Source: Octopus bimaculoides
Taxonomy: Eukaryota
NCBI RefSeq assembly: GCF_001194135.2
Contig: NC_068981.1
Span: 167,433,370-167,466,607 of the forward strand
Length of the DNA: 33,238 nucleotides
Direction of reading: 5' to 3'
Part shown: positions 12,360-24,059 of the stretch, one piece after another
Numbering within the stretch: position 1 is the stretch's first letter
Layout of the letters: every line of letters begins with the position of its first letter
The notes under the pieces: generated by a model
What the model saw: only the letters and a program-made list of their open reading frames with translations
Databases searched by the model: none
Told to the model about the DNA's origin: nothing
Program-made: the position numbers and the translations under genes

Positions 12360-12641
12360 CTGTAGTGTCTGGGGAGAGTCATTCTCTTTTAGTGCCAAAA
12401 TTTCCACTAATTTACTTATCTATTTTTCTGAAATTTTCGCTGCGTCTGGCAATCTTTTCAATAGTTGTTGACTGTCCGCTATCCAAGCTGTGTTCCAGCT
12501 TGGATCGGACAGAATCAAACAACTATTGAAAAGGTTGCAAGACGCAACGAAAATTTCAGAAAAATAAATAACTGAGTGGAAGTTTTACCGGTGAGTGTTT
12601 AGAAGGCACTAAAAGTGAATGACTCTCCGCAGACACAACAG
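12360..12641. mobile_element. ~280-bp foldback (long imperfect palindrome), unclassified repeat
   Basis: Left arm gtgtctggggagagtcattctcttttagtgcc pairs with ggcactaaaagtgaatgactctccgcagacac (2 mismatches). tatttttctgaaattttcg pairs with cgaaaatttcagaaaaata. The centre is atccaagctg-tgttc-cagcttggat. About 17 nt at ~12588-12604 are present only in the right arm. Confidence 0.85.
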
Positions 12642-12701
12642 AATATGCTTCAATACACGAACTCACATAAGGAATCTTGCAAACCAAATCCAACAACGAA
12701 G

Positions 12702-12737
<36 letters not shown>

Positions 12738-13159
12738 CACACACATATATCTATATGTATATCACTATTTATATACTTCTCTCTCCCCCCTCTCTCTATA
12801 TGTATATATATACTGTTCTAGTGTAGATACAAAAATTATACCACTCCCCACCACATACATACACACATACATCATGTGATGCAATTTCATCCCTGTTCTT
12901 CAATCTTAGATTATAATTGTTCTAAATGGAGAGACTAAAACAAAGTAAAAAAACCTAACAAACAAGCAAAAAATAAAGAAAAATAATGCAAAACGTTTGT
13001 GTTTATAATTTGGAATAGAAAAGAATTAAAATAATTCTGACGAAGGTAGGAGGACCGAAACTGAATTCTTAACATTAAATAAAATACAATAAAATTTGAA
13101 AAGTTAAAAATATCAACTAAAAATATAAGAATTTTAAAAGTGTAAACAAAAAGGTCCAA

Positions 13160-13532
13160 CTGTGGCTGTGTGGTAAAATTTTACTTCCCAAACACATGGT
13201 CTTGAGTTCAGTCCTATTGTACGTCAAACTTGGGCAAGTGTCGTCTACTATGGCCTTGGGCCGTCCAAAGTGGATTTGGTAGACGGAAACTGAAAAAAAG
13301 CCCGTCGTATGTGTGTGTGTGTGTGTTTTTCTGTCTGTTTGTCTCCTACCATCGCTTGAAAACCGGTGCTGGTGTGTTTACGTTCCTTTAATGTAGCAGT
13401 TCGAGAAAAGCGAACGATAGAATAAGTACCAGGACTACAAAAGTTGATCGCTGGGGACAATTTGTTCGACTAAAATTCTTCAAGGCGGTGGTGGCCCACC
13501 ATGGCTGCAGTCTAATGACTGGAACAGATAAG
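13160..13532 (+). mobile_element. SINE family B, full-length copy
   Basis: Head tgtggctgtgtggtaa...gagttcagtcc...ttgggcaagtg, internal (TG)n at ~13310-13326, and 3' half ending gcagtctaatgactggaacagataag followed by an A-rich tail. Confidence 0.85.
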
Positions 13533-13541
13533 GAAAAAAAA

Positions 13542-13576
<35 letters not shown>

Positions 13577-14109
13577 AAAACCAAAAGAACAGCAAGTAAA
13601 GAATAAAAAGCAAAGATCAGATGACAAAATGAAGCTGATAAAAATAATAGCAACAACAGCATAATTCTATTTGATATCGGAAAAAAATAATAAAAAATGG
13701 GGAAGTAATTATTATTACCATGTTTTTAGCAGTTTCATGTGAGCTTCTAGGGCAACACCTATTGCACTGTTATGTTCTCGAGATGTGTTGTAGTATTGTC
13801 TTTTAGAAGTGTAGAACGACGTAAACTATATGTGTTTGTTTTTTGTATTATGGGATGTATTTTGTTGTTTGTTTCCTGTTTTACTATAGTGATTTAATCT
13901 TCCTGTTTTGTATAAGACTATGTCGAAATAGGCGAATGTAAGTTATATTACTTTTGGTAATTGATGAATGTGTTTTTGCGTGAGTCTTGTGTTTTGTAGA
14001 GTATATTTAGTGTGTATTTCCTCTTCATTATCGTCATCATCACCATCTTCTTCTTCTTCTTCTTCTTCTTCTTCTTCTTCTTCTTCTTCTTCTTCTTCTT
14101 CTTCTTCTT

Positions 14110-14140
<31 letters not shown>

Positions 14141-14308
14141 TTATTATTATTATTANNNNNNNNNNNNNNNNNNNNNNNNNNNNNNNNNNNNNNNNNNNNN
14201 NNNNNNNNNNNNNNNNNNNNNNNNNNNNNNNNNNNNNNNNNNNNNNNNNNNNNNNNNNNNNNNNNNNNNNNNNNNNNNNNNNGAAGTCTTGTGTCTTTAG
14301 TAGAAAGG

Positions 14309-14380
<72 letters not shown>

Positions 14381-14940
14381 GAGTGAGAGAGCAGTGCATG
14401 CAATCAAAGTGACACCGGGGTACAATTATACGAATCTTAATATACTCATCATGTCTACCCGTCTGATAAGGGTACAACAGGCACATGCATCACAACCATA
14501 TGTGCACGACATGGTAATCTCATATCAAGATAAAGAACGCATGATCTTGCAGGTGGGGCCCAGTTAGAATTTTCTTCAGGTCGAGTAGCCCATCCCGCTG
14601 AAACAGTTTTTGAATAAGGGTTGTTTAAGGATGTTGAACGAGACATCCGTGTTTCCAGAGTTGAATTATTCAATTCAAACTCCAATGAATTCCTCTTAAC
14701 ACATGGCTATGATGCTCCCCTACTACTTCTGCTCGTGATCAAAGATACACATATCGTCAGCCACTAAGGGACATGCTTAAATGGTTATGGTCAAGCAACT
14801 GACAACCAAACCTGTGGTATTGAGCAGAATATTTGCTGTAGCCCATCTTTTACACCAAAAGAAACCATGTACGTGATAACACTTCCGATTAGTTAAAATC
14901 AGAAGCCATGAGAGCTAGTGCCTGGTACTGCATCAAGACA
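14381..14940 (-). mobile_element. ~560-bp unclassified interspersed repeat ending in (AAT)n on the minus strand
   Basis: Complex non-coding block sharply bounded by (ATT)n on the left and (ATC)n on the right. It resembles, from memory only, a recurrent Octopus repeat. No protein similarity is recognisable. Confidence 0.55.
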
Positions 14941-14974
14941 TTTACCATCATCATCATTATCATCATCATCATCC

Positions 14975-15017
<43 letters not shown>

Positions 15018-15054
15018 TATGATTCAATGCCTCTCACAGCGCGTGTTCGATTGT

Positions 15055-15550
15055 TACGCTTTTCATAATCTTAACTATAGAACGAAATCAGAGACATAAC
15101 TGTAACCTTTGAAGTAATCGAAAAAGTTTTACAGTTTCAGCACCCTTAACTATAGAGCAAAACTGAAGGCATAATCGTTACTTTGGCATCGTATTTTCCA
15201 GCAAACGAGTCGAATTTTTCGGACCAAAATTTATAGCACAAAAAGATAGATCGACTTACGAACCGAGACAACTTCAGAGGACCAAAAATTCCATGTGTAA
15301 TGCAGCAGGATTTGGAAAAAATAATGACGATATTAGAATTTTACACCATATGTCTATATTATATACTATGTACGTTTGCTTGCCGGAAAATTCTGTAAGG
15401 GAAAAAAAGTTTGCGTGTTGAGTTTTCAATAATCTTAACTATGGAATGGAATCGGAGACATAATCCAAATGTTTGAGATAATAAAAAAAGTTTGAGTATT
15501 ATGGTTTCAACAGCTTTAACTATGGAACAAAATCGGAGACATAATCTAAA
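15055..15550 (+). repeat. Four degenerate ~30-bp direct repeats arranged as a duplicated dimer
   Basis: TTAACTATRGAR.RRAAY.GRRG.CATAA-like motif at 15071-15100, 15146-15175, 15435-15464 and 15516-15545. The flanks of copies 1 and 3, and of copies 2 and 4, are also similar. Confidence 0.75.
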
Positions 15551-16219
15551 TTTTAACGCGAAGGAAACATGTTCGAAATAGTTAGCCTTCACTTCACATT
15601 TTCTTATGTTCCACAAAAATTCTTCGCTAATATTGTTATTTACCCCAGGCCAGCACTGGGTGATCGAAGCTATTTAGGATCAAAGTTGTCCCAGCCATGA
15701 TCATCTAATCTTTTGGGAGTTTCTACAAAGTCGCTTGACATGTGAGAAAGACATAGTAACCAAATCTCCCTCAGACCTCACCATACTCGTTCTTACAGCA
15801 TATAAATTCTTTGGCTGAATAAGTGAATAAACGAAACCGTTATTCTGTTGTAACAGCTTGTGCAAACTTACATGCATTTTACTGATGCGAATGTGTGACA
15901 GCATCTCCTTCACTTGTACCTCTACATGTGAGGCCTTGTGCTTACTGAAGCGTAATTCACATTTGAATAGGGAGCGCCGTTAAAAAGGGGCCAGGTAGGC
16001 TCCTAGGGAAATACGACAGACGATATTTTGTTTTCATTCTTTGTTGAAGCAATTTGACTTATTTTGAGCTCTAAAAACACACTGGAGAAAAGCATGACTA
16101 CCACAAATTTCCATTACATCTTGTTTCTAAATGTAAGTCTGTGCGTGTATGTGTGTGCATGTGTGTATGTGCCGCAATAAGAAAATTCGAGTTAAGCGTT
16201 ATACATGGTAACGTGCCAA

Positions 16220-16286
<67 letters not shown>

Positions 16287-16888
16287 CATTAAGGATACAA
16301 CATAATAATTCCTTACATCTATAAACCTAAGATCAACCGCGAAGCCGGAACGTTTTAAAAACCAAAACGAAACAAGCAAAGCAGCAAAAAAACAAAATAG
16401 AACAAAAAAAAAAAAAACAAGAAAAAGAAAATCAATATCACAGCGAGATATATTTTCACAAAATATTCATCATATTTATATTTGGATATATAGATACTAC
16501 TATATATGATACACCACCTATATTTTCTTCTTTCCATTTTACTGCAATTTTTATTACTAAATGCAATTTGTCGAACTAGGAGCATATGTGGACTTTTTCT
16601 CTCTCCCTGTCTGTCTGTCTCCCTCTCTCGCTGACACACATACACATGCATATGAAGTGAAATATATTCATATATACGCACATGCATGTATCTATATAGG
16701 TATAATAAATATATGGCTGTCATAGACATATTTGTAAACGCATATTTGAGCGCATTATCTCAATGTAACAAGTATGCGGTTCTTTGTGACTTTACATACA
16801 CTCACTACATCTCCATATACACTCTGGTACGCGCGTATACATACATACATACATACATACATACATACATACATACGTACATACATAC

Positions 16889-16925
<37 letters not shown>

Positions 16926-17002
16926 CAGTAAATCATAAATCCGAAAGAGAAGCACACTCTAACTTATATAGCAATAGGGTATTTAGAAAATGTTAGTAAT
17001 GG

Positions 17003-17153
17003 CCGGTTCATAGGGTTACCCGGGGTTTCGTGCGAGTTTTTCTCTCTCCAATTTGAAAAGAGGTTATAAGCCACCAGCCATTAAGGTCTGACGATACTTG
17101 TGTAAAGCTAAGCGCTTTATGGGCGCGAAACCCTGGGTAACATTATGAAACGG
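17003..17153. mobile_element. MITE-like element with ~31-bp imperfect terminal inverted repeats
   Basis: ccggttcatagggttacccggggtttcgtgc (17003-17033) pairs with gcgcgaaaccctgggtaacattatgaaacgg (17123-17153), 5 mismatches. Confidence 0.6.
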
Positions 17154-18685
17154 ACATAAACTGACAATCTCTCTCTATGTTCTCTCTCTCTCATTCCCTC
17201 ATTCTCTCCCCCCTCTCTCTTTCTCTCTCTCTCTCTCTCTATATANNNNNNNNNNTATATATATATATATATGTCTGTATGTATGGTTTCTATGATGTAG
17301 GCAGTGACCCCACGTTGCTCAGCATATGCAGCAAAAATCTTACACCTTTCTACTCTGTTCATAGCAAGTAGTAAGCTGACAAACATCAGTACGTCACAAA
17401 TAAAGACGCACGTGAACGCATGCACACGCACACACACACATACACACGCACACACACACATACACACGCACACACACACATACACACTCACAGGGAAGCA
17501 CACTTACATGCACAGTCGTTTGCAGAGTTTATATATTTAGAACAGGTTAATTATNNNNNNNNNNNNNNNNNNNNNNNNNNNNNNNNNNNNNNNNNNNNNN
17601 NNNNNNNNNNNNNNNNNNNNNNNNNNNNNNNNNNNNNNNNNNNNNNNNNNNNNNNNNNNNNNNNNNNNNNNNNNNNNNNNNNNNNNNNNNNNNNNNNNNN
17701 NNNNNNNNNNNNNNNNNNNNNNNNNNNNNNNNNNNNNNNNNNNNNNNNNNNNNNNNNNNNNNNNNNNNNNNNNNNNNNNNNNNNNNNNNNNNNNNNNNNN
17801 NNNNNNNNNNNNNNNNNNNNNNNNNNNNNNNNNNNNNNNNNNNNNNNNNNNNNNNNNNNNNNNNNNNNNNNNNNNNNNNNNNNNNNNNNNNNNNNNNNNN
17901 NNNNNNNNNNNNNNNNNNNNNNNNNNNNNNNNNNNNNNNNNNNNNNNNNNNNNNNNNNNNNNNNNNNNNNNNNNNNNNNNNNNNNNNNNNNNNNNNNNNN
18001 NNNNNNNNNNNNNNNNNNNNNNNNNNNNNNNNNNNNNNNNNNNNNNNNNNNNNNNNNNNNNNNNNNNNNNNNNNNNNNNNNNNNNNNNNNNNNNNNNNNN
18101 NNNNNNNNNNNNNNNNNNNNNNNNNNNNNNNNNNNNNNNNNNNNNNNNNNNNNNNNNNNNNNNNNNNNNNNNNNNNNNNNNNNNNNNNNNNNNNNNNNNN
18201 NNNNNNNNNNNNNNNNNNNNNNNNNNNNNNNNNNNNNNNNNNNNNNNNNNNNNNNNNNNNNNNNNNNNNNNNNNNNNNNNNNNNNNNNNNNNNNNNNNNN
18301 NNNNNNNNNNNNNNNNNNNNNNNNNNNNNNNNNNNNNNNNNNNNNNNNNNNNNNNNNNNNNNNNNNNNNNNNNNNNNNNNNNNNNNNNNNNNNNNNNNNN
18401 NNNNNNNNNNNNNNNNNNNNNNNNNNNNNNNNNNNNNNNNNNNNNNNNNNNNNNNNNNNNNNNNNNNNNNNNNNNNNNNNNNNNNNNNNNNNNNTATATA
18501 TGTCTTTTAGATACGTTTATGGTAACGTTTGAGATACGCAAATGAATTCCTATTTCATTATGCCGGCTACCGTCTAATGATACTGACTAGTAAGTCAGTT
18601 TTTCGGGTTTGCATCATCCCCATCATAATCATCATCATAATCATCATCATCATCATCATTTATATCTATATATATCTTTACAAAA

Positions 18686-18723
<38 letters not shown>

Positions 18724-19477
18724 TTATATATTTCTCTGTCTCACACACACATACACGCACACACAAACACACATACACACACACACATATACATACGCAT
18801 ACACACATTCGCCCACATACATTTATTTGAGTATGCAATATGTATTTGGTATTAAGATCAAGATCATAGCTGTTATAACTGAACAAGTTCCCAACAGTAC
18901 ACCCCTACACAACACACGCACACACGCGCGCAAAAACATGTGAATAAAGATTTATGATCACCATATGTAGTAGATGTATTGGTGTTTCGTGTGAACCAGC
19001 TTTCGTCCTCTACTCCAATCAATGACACAGTAGTTGTCTTAATTCTTTTATCGATTTAATGTTGTTCAACTATGACAGTATGGTCTTCTTTTTATCAGAA
19101 GTTGGTTTGTGCATCTGTAGAGAACATTTGTAATCAATTATACTTCTATACTTCACTTCTAAAACACTCCTCAAACCCGGCCAGTGTGCCATTGATGGAG
19201 CTCCTACGTAGGAGTAGAGTATAACCCACCTCTGGGAGAAATTTCATCGACTATCAAATTTAAAACCGTCTGCTAATGAAGTTTTTAAAAGTTCGTATGG
19301 AAGAAAATAGTCAAGTTTTAAGACCACATCTCTATTTTATTATAAAGAAATCCTAGTCGTAAAATTGGTTATGGTTTGTCTGGCTTCCTAGCGGAATATA
19401 GGCTTTCCATAATAGTCAGCAAATATATTCTATTATATGCTTTTCCTTTCACTTGTTTCCACACAAATCTTGTCTCC

Positions 19478-19710
19478 TTAACCCCTTTGCTATCATTTCT
19501 GCAGAAATTCACTACGTTTATTTAATTTAATCTTGATTTAATTTGATTTAATTTCGAAAATTACGAAGAATATAGTAATATAACTTTGTCATTAATAAAC
19601 TGGTGTTTGGAGCAAAAATTAAACAAGAAATTTTAATCACTTTAAAACAGGAACTGTGTATCATAGAACCAAGGAAGGGCTCAGGCGGTAGGTGTCAAAA
19701 GGTCGGCTAA
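19478..19710. mobile_element. piggyBac-like MITE remnant
   Basis: The left end is TTAA-CCCCTTTG (19478) and the decayed right end is CAAAAGG (~19696-19702), enclosing an AT-rich interior. TTAA plus CCC(T)TT termini are typical of piggyBac MITEs. The right TTAA is not intact. Confidence 0.45.
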
Positions 19711-19759
19711 TTTCTGTTAAGTAATCTGCGGTCGGTCGGTCGGTCGGTCTTCTTTTTCT

Positions 19760-22130
19760 CTTTGTTTTTCGAAACATCCTTCTGGTATTATTTACGTATC
19801 ACCTACCCATCCCAATCCACCTCACAATGTTTGCTGGCTAATGTATTCCTGTTTTACTTTGGCCCAGAAGTATTTGTTGATAGAACTTTCTGGCTATCAA
19901 AAGTTTAGGCTGTTTCTGAGGCACACTCGTAAATGTCTGCAGCTTTCTAAGGATATTTGCGCCCGTTAATTATAACTCGGTACCACATAGCAGATAGATT
20001 TGAAAATGCTATTGAAAATCCTCAACTTAACACATCTGAACATAGCTTTTTGCTTTCAAATAGTTCTAAAATACTTTCCATGTCCCGTACCAATGAGCTC
20101 CCGGCTTCGTTATTATTAATCGTTTTGTCTTCCTCTGCAGATTTTGATACTGCTGAGATATAAGGCAAATATCATCCGTAAGGACTAGTTCTTCTAGCGT
20201 TTGCTATTGTGCTTACCATAAGCTTGGTTTTACAGTCTACATAGTTTCACGCATCACCCAGTCAAACAGCAATAAAAACATCGCTATTTCAGTCTAATTT
20301 TGATTTCGGATTACTTCGACACTCTTTCATTACTTATGGCTTTTTGTATTTCTCTTGGATGGTATTAATGAGCTTGTTGGAAATTCCATAGTAGCCAAGC
20401 ATTTTTTCTTATCAACTCCATCAAAAACATTTTCAAAGTTGAGAAATTAAGATGGCGGGGAGCCTGCCGTTGTGTTCTGTTATAATCCCTATTGCAATAT
20501 TGAGGTTGTTCTTAGACGCTCTTGCTCTGGACTTTAAATTTGTTCTAAGATATTTCCTGTCTCCCAAAAGTGATCTTTGCGAGTACTCTGCTGAGTACTG
20601 GGAAGAGAATGCCACCACATCAGTTTTTGTAGGCAATAAGATAATACTTTTTTATATTTTTTCACCATTTGGTTTTTCTTCCACTCCGTGAGTACTTTGC
20701 CTTCCTTCCATATCTTCTGTTGTAAAGATCCCTGCGAATAAGCTGTGGTGGCACTACCACTTTTAACGCTGAAGGTGAAACTCCATCTGTACCGGCTACT
20801 TTTCTGCTTTTCAGTATCTTTAGCGCTTCGAAAATTTCATCGTTTGCCAGCTGCTCAATATTTATGCTTCACTTGGAGGTCACTGGTGAAATTTCTAGTT
20901 CGCATATGAGTGGGATAGAGCCTTTTGAGCAGTTCTTAGGTGTAGTTAGGCCATCCTTTCTTCTGCTCTTATTCCGCCGTTATTCGCTGTCCTGCTGTAT
21001 CTTTCACTGTTTTGGAGACATTTGGAAGATTTCCAGGTAAAGTACTGGAGGTACTGCAGACTGTCTTCCAGTCTCCCTTTTGTGTCTCTTCCGTTGACTT
21101 GTCTACACGCTTTTCATGACAGGATCTTTCGTTCTTCTTTTCACTTCTCTTTACCTCCTTATATTTGTCTCATCCTCCTGGGTGCTGATCATAGCCAGTT
21201 TTCTTTTCTTTTTTTTCTATTCACTCCTCGGTATCGCTGAAGAGCCATTCTGACACTGCGTTTTCCTTATTCCAAGGACTACAGTGTATATTTCTTTGTA
21301 AACGTCATTTATCAATACCTAATTTTCATCCATTGGTGTGTTGTTTATAGCATACTTACTCGAGTGTTTCTAGCCTATTTTTTAGCATGACAGAAAATGC
21401 ATTTTTTTTTCGTTTCGTTCTCTCTCATCTTCTGGGCGTTGTATTTGCAGTGCAGCTTTTCACTCACATCTTCAAAAATTCTCAACATTATTTTAATTTT
21501 TTTCTTGGCACCAACAAGCAATCCGGTGCCATATTCTCTTCTTTCATCGTTCGAGAATCAATCAAGCTGCCAATAACGTTTCCAATACTGAGGTATTTTC
21601 CCTTGTAATCTATCCTATTTTTGCATTTAAAAGGCAAGTCAGTTCCTTGATATATCCTTTTCGCTATTTTGAAAACTGTTTGAAGTTATTTGTAGAAACT
21701 TTTCTCCTTTTGGTCCACGTTATTTGCGAGTGCGTTGCACTGGACGATCCTGGTCTCTTTACAGCGTGAATTGTTTCTTGCTGTCGATATTTATAATGAT
21801 AAAAGCTCATATTTGATTGCTGCTTTTCACGCTTGTGGTGTCAATGAGATATAACGATCACTTCTTCCGTGTTCTTCATTTTCAAGACTGGAATATAATA
21901 TCCTCCCGCCAAGAGTCAGTTTTATCATTTTGCTCCCGTTCCATCAACCCTCGCAGATTCCTAACGCTTGACTTCCATATTTTTTGGCCAATTGAGCTCC
22001 TATGCTTGCCAAATTCTACATTCACGCGTTCTATGTTCCAGTTTTCATCGCTTTTGCTGATAGAAAATACTGGTTTGTCGAAGGCTTCCACTAGGCCTCT
22101 TCATACTTTCTCCTACTGAAGTTGAGATTT
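19760..22130 (-). mobile_element. RTE-clade LINE (APE + RT), near full length but heavily decayed, with internal deletions
   Basis: Manual translation with stops and frameshifts. APE: MKTGT*NA (ATG at 22048), LGICEG*WNGSKMIKLTLGGRILYSSLENEEHG, RIVQCNA, LNAKIG. RT: EALKILKSRKVAGTDGVSPSALK, KIWKEGKVLTEWKK, LNFENVFDGVDK, LGYYGISNKLINTIQ, FLLLFDWVMRET, TLEELVLTDDICLISQ (FADD-equivalent, 20161-20200), KLRIFNSIFKSI, LRKLQTF. Motif order matches RTE-clade ORFs. Confidence 0.9.
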
Positions 22131-22451
22131 CTATTGTTATTATAATGTTTGATAAGCCTCCTCCTCCTCCTCCTCCTCCTCCCCTATCTAGGAAGTGGTT
22201 GGAAACTCCGGGAGTTTTCAGATGAAGTTAGTATGTAACATTTAGTTTTTATTATTTTTCTCGGTACAGATGCACCAACACATGTTCTTATGCATTTGAA
22301 AGTTAGGCCCATTGTATGAATAAGATTCCCACGGGTAACTGGATTCTGATTGAAATATCAGCCAAATCTCCCTCACCTTTCATTCCAAGCAAACTTTAGC
22401 CTAAGTTTGTACTGATAAAAGTCTTTAATTTCCATTTAACCATGTGTAGAA

Positions 22452-22670
22452 ATATTGATTTCAAATTTTGGCACAAGGCCAGAGATTTCGTGGCAGTGGG
22501 TAAGTGGAATACATCGACCTCAAAGCTAAAATGGTGCTTATTTTATCGATCCCGAAAGGATGAAAAGTAAAGTCGACCTTAGCAGAATTTAAACTCATAT
22601 CGAAAAGACGGACGAAATGTCGCTAAACATTTTTCACGGCGTACTGATGATTCTGCCAGCTTGCTACCTT
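22452..22670 (-). mobile_element. SINE family A, full length
   Basis: Reverse complement has head ggtagcaagctggcagaatc, gagtttaaattc, gtcgactttacttttcatcctttcggg and tail ggccttgtgccaaaatttgaaatcaatattt. Confidence 0.85.
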
Positions 22671-22711
22671 ACTTTGTGTAACAATATTAGCAATATTAAA
22701 TCCTTGCAATA

Positions 22712-22930
22712 GGGCGGCTAGCTGGCAGAATCTTTAGCATGTCGGGCAAAATGTTAACAGCATTTCGTCTGTCTTAACGTTCTGAGTTCAAATTCCGCCG
22801 AGGTCGACTTTACTTTTTATCCTTTCGGAGGTCGATAGAATAAATACCATTTGATCACTGGGATCGATGTGATCGACTTACCCCCTACCCTAAAACTGCT
22901 GCTCTTTCGCCAAAATTTGAAACCAATATT
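22712..22930 (+). mobile_element. SINE family A, full length
   Basis: gggcggctagctggcagaatc...gagttcaaattccgccgaggtcgac...gccaaaatttgaaaccaatatt. Confidence 0.9.
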
Positions 22931-23512
22931 AAAGGTTTGCAAGATTAATCCATTATGTTGGAATGGTGGTAGATTATTAATAAAAATGAATATTAGAATA
23001 TTGGTATGAATGAAAATATATTTATAAAAGTTACTTTAAAAAGGCAGTATCGAGGTGCGTCACTGATTAATTTATATGGTATAAAGGTATTGATGTCGGA
23101 ATAGTGTTAAAACAACGAAGTATTGAAAATATACTTTTTAAGAAGTTCCGAAATAATGTCAAATAAAATTATTCAAAGTAATATGTGATTAGTAAAAATG
23201 GAGTCGAAAGCCTGATTTACATCCGAAAATAGTAACAAAAATACATAAAAAGATTACCAGGTATTCAGTTTGGTATTATTGAATCACTAATGATACGCAG
23301 CTTCGAAAGCAAAATGTGTCAAAAGACAGACTTTTGACACAATAGATCTAGAAAATCACGTATAATGATCACCACGTTCACATTTCAAAATACATTTTTC
23401 TTTTCTTTTGAAGATATCATTATTTAGTTTTATGCTAAAATAATGCTGCGTTAGAGCTCTAATATCTATGACGGTACAAGAAGAAGAAGGAGGAGCAGGA
23501 GTAGGAGAATGG

Positions 23513-23597
<85 letters not shown>

Positions 23598-23895
23598 TGA
23601 TTACTACCTAGCTCAGATACCAGGAAACCCCAAAATGGCTGAAGTTCAAAAGATAGTGCTCATGGGAACTGCCCATATCCTACGTAAAATACTGTCTATG
23701 TGATCTCAAATTTTAAAACAAACACACAATTTTCTTATGGTTTCTTAAACATTCACTTGAACAAAACTGTACAAATCCAAATATATGGTACCCTAGGCAT
23801 AACACCTACATGAACTTCTAACTTGTTGTCTCTTGAGGTCTCTGGGTGAGACTTGGATCCAACTTGTACAAATGCAAAACAAAAGTCAAACATAA
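23598..23895 (+). mobile_element. R4/Dong-type LINE 3' end: RLE C-terminus, stop, ~190-bp 3' UTR and (AAT)n tail; 5'-truncated inside (AAT)n
   Basis: DYYLAQIPGNPKMAEVQKIVLMGTAHILRKILSM* matches the terminal RLE motif QK(I/T)(V/A)L(L/M)GTA.ILR. It is flanked by (AAT)n on both sides (23515-23596 and ~23896-23910). Confidence 0.9.
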
Positions 23896-24059
23896 AATAA
23901 TAATAATAATATGAACAAGAAGAGGAAGAAGAGAAGGAGGAGGAACTACTACTATACAAGTACCTTACATCGGTCATACACTGGTCTTAGCTATGTGCAA
24001 CATAACGGAGTTTAAAACTAGGAGCGAATCAAAATGCTTATAATATATTGATTTCAAAA

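Larger units (their letters stand above)
6722..18494. other. Eight assembly gaps: 6722-6970, 7796-8029, 10274-10283, 10776-11074, 12210-12314, 14156-14282, 17246-17255, 17555-18494
   Basis: N runs read directly. Nearly all abut a microsatellite or repeat, as expected for a short-read scaffold. Confidence 0.98.

Noticed and set aside
15071-15545. CRISPR-like spaced repeats
   Set aside because: Repeats are degenerate, spacing is irregular, and the spacers are paralogous to each other rather than unique.
17301-17370. 70-nt AG...GTAAGC-bounded micro-exon candidate
   Set aside because: The acceptor lacks a pyrimidine tract, the peptides in the open frames are unrecognisable, and such site pairs occur by chance.
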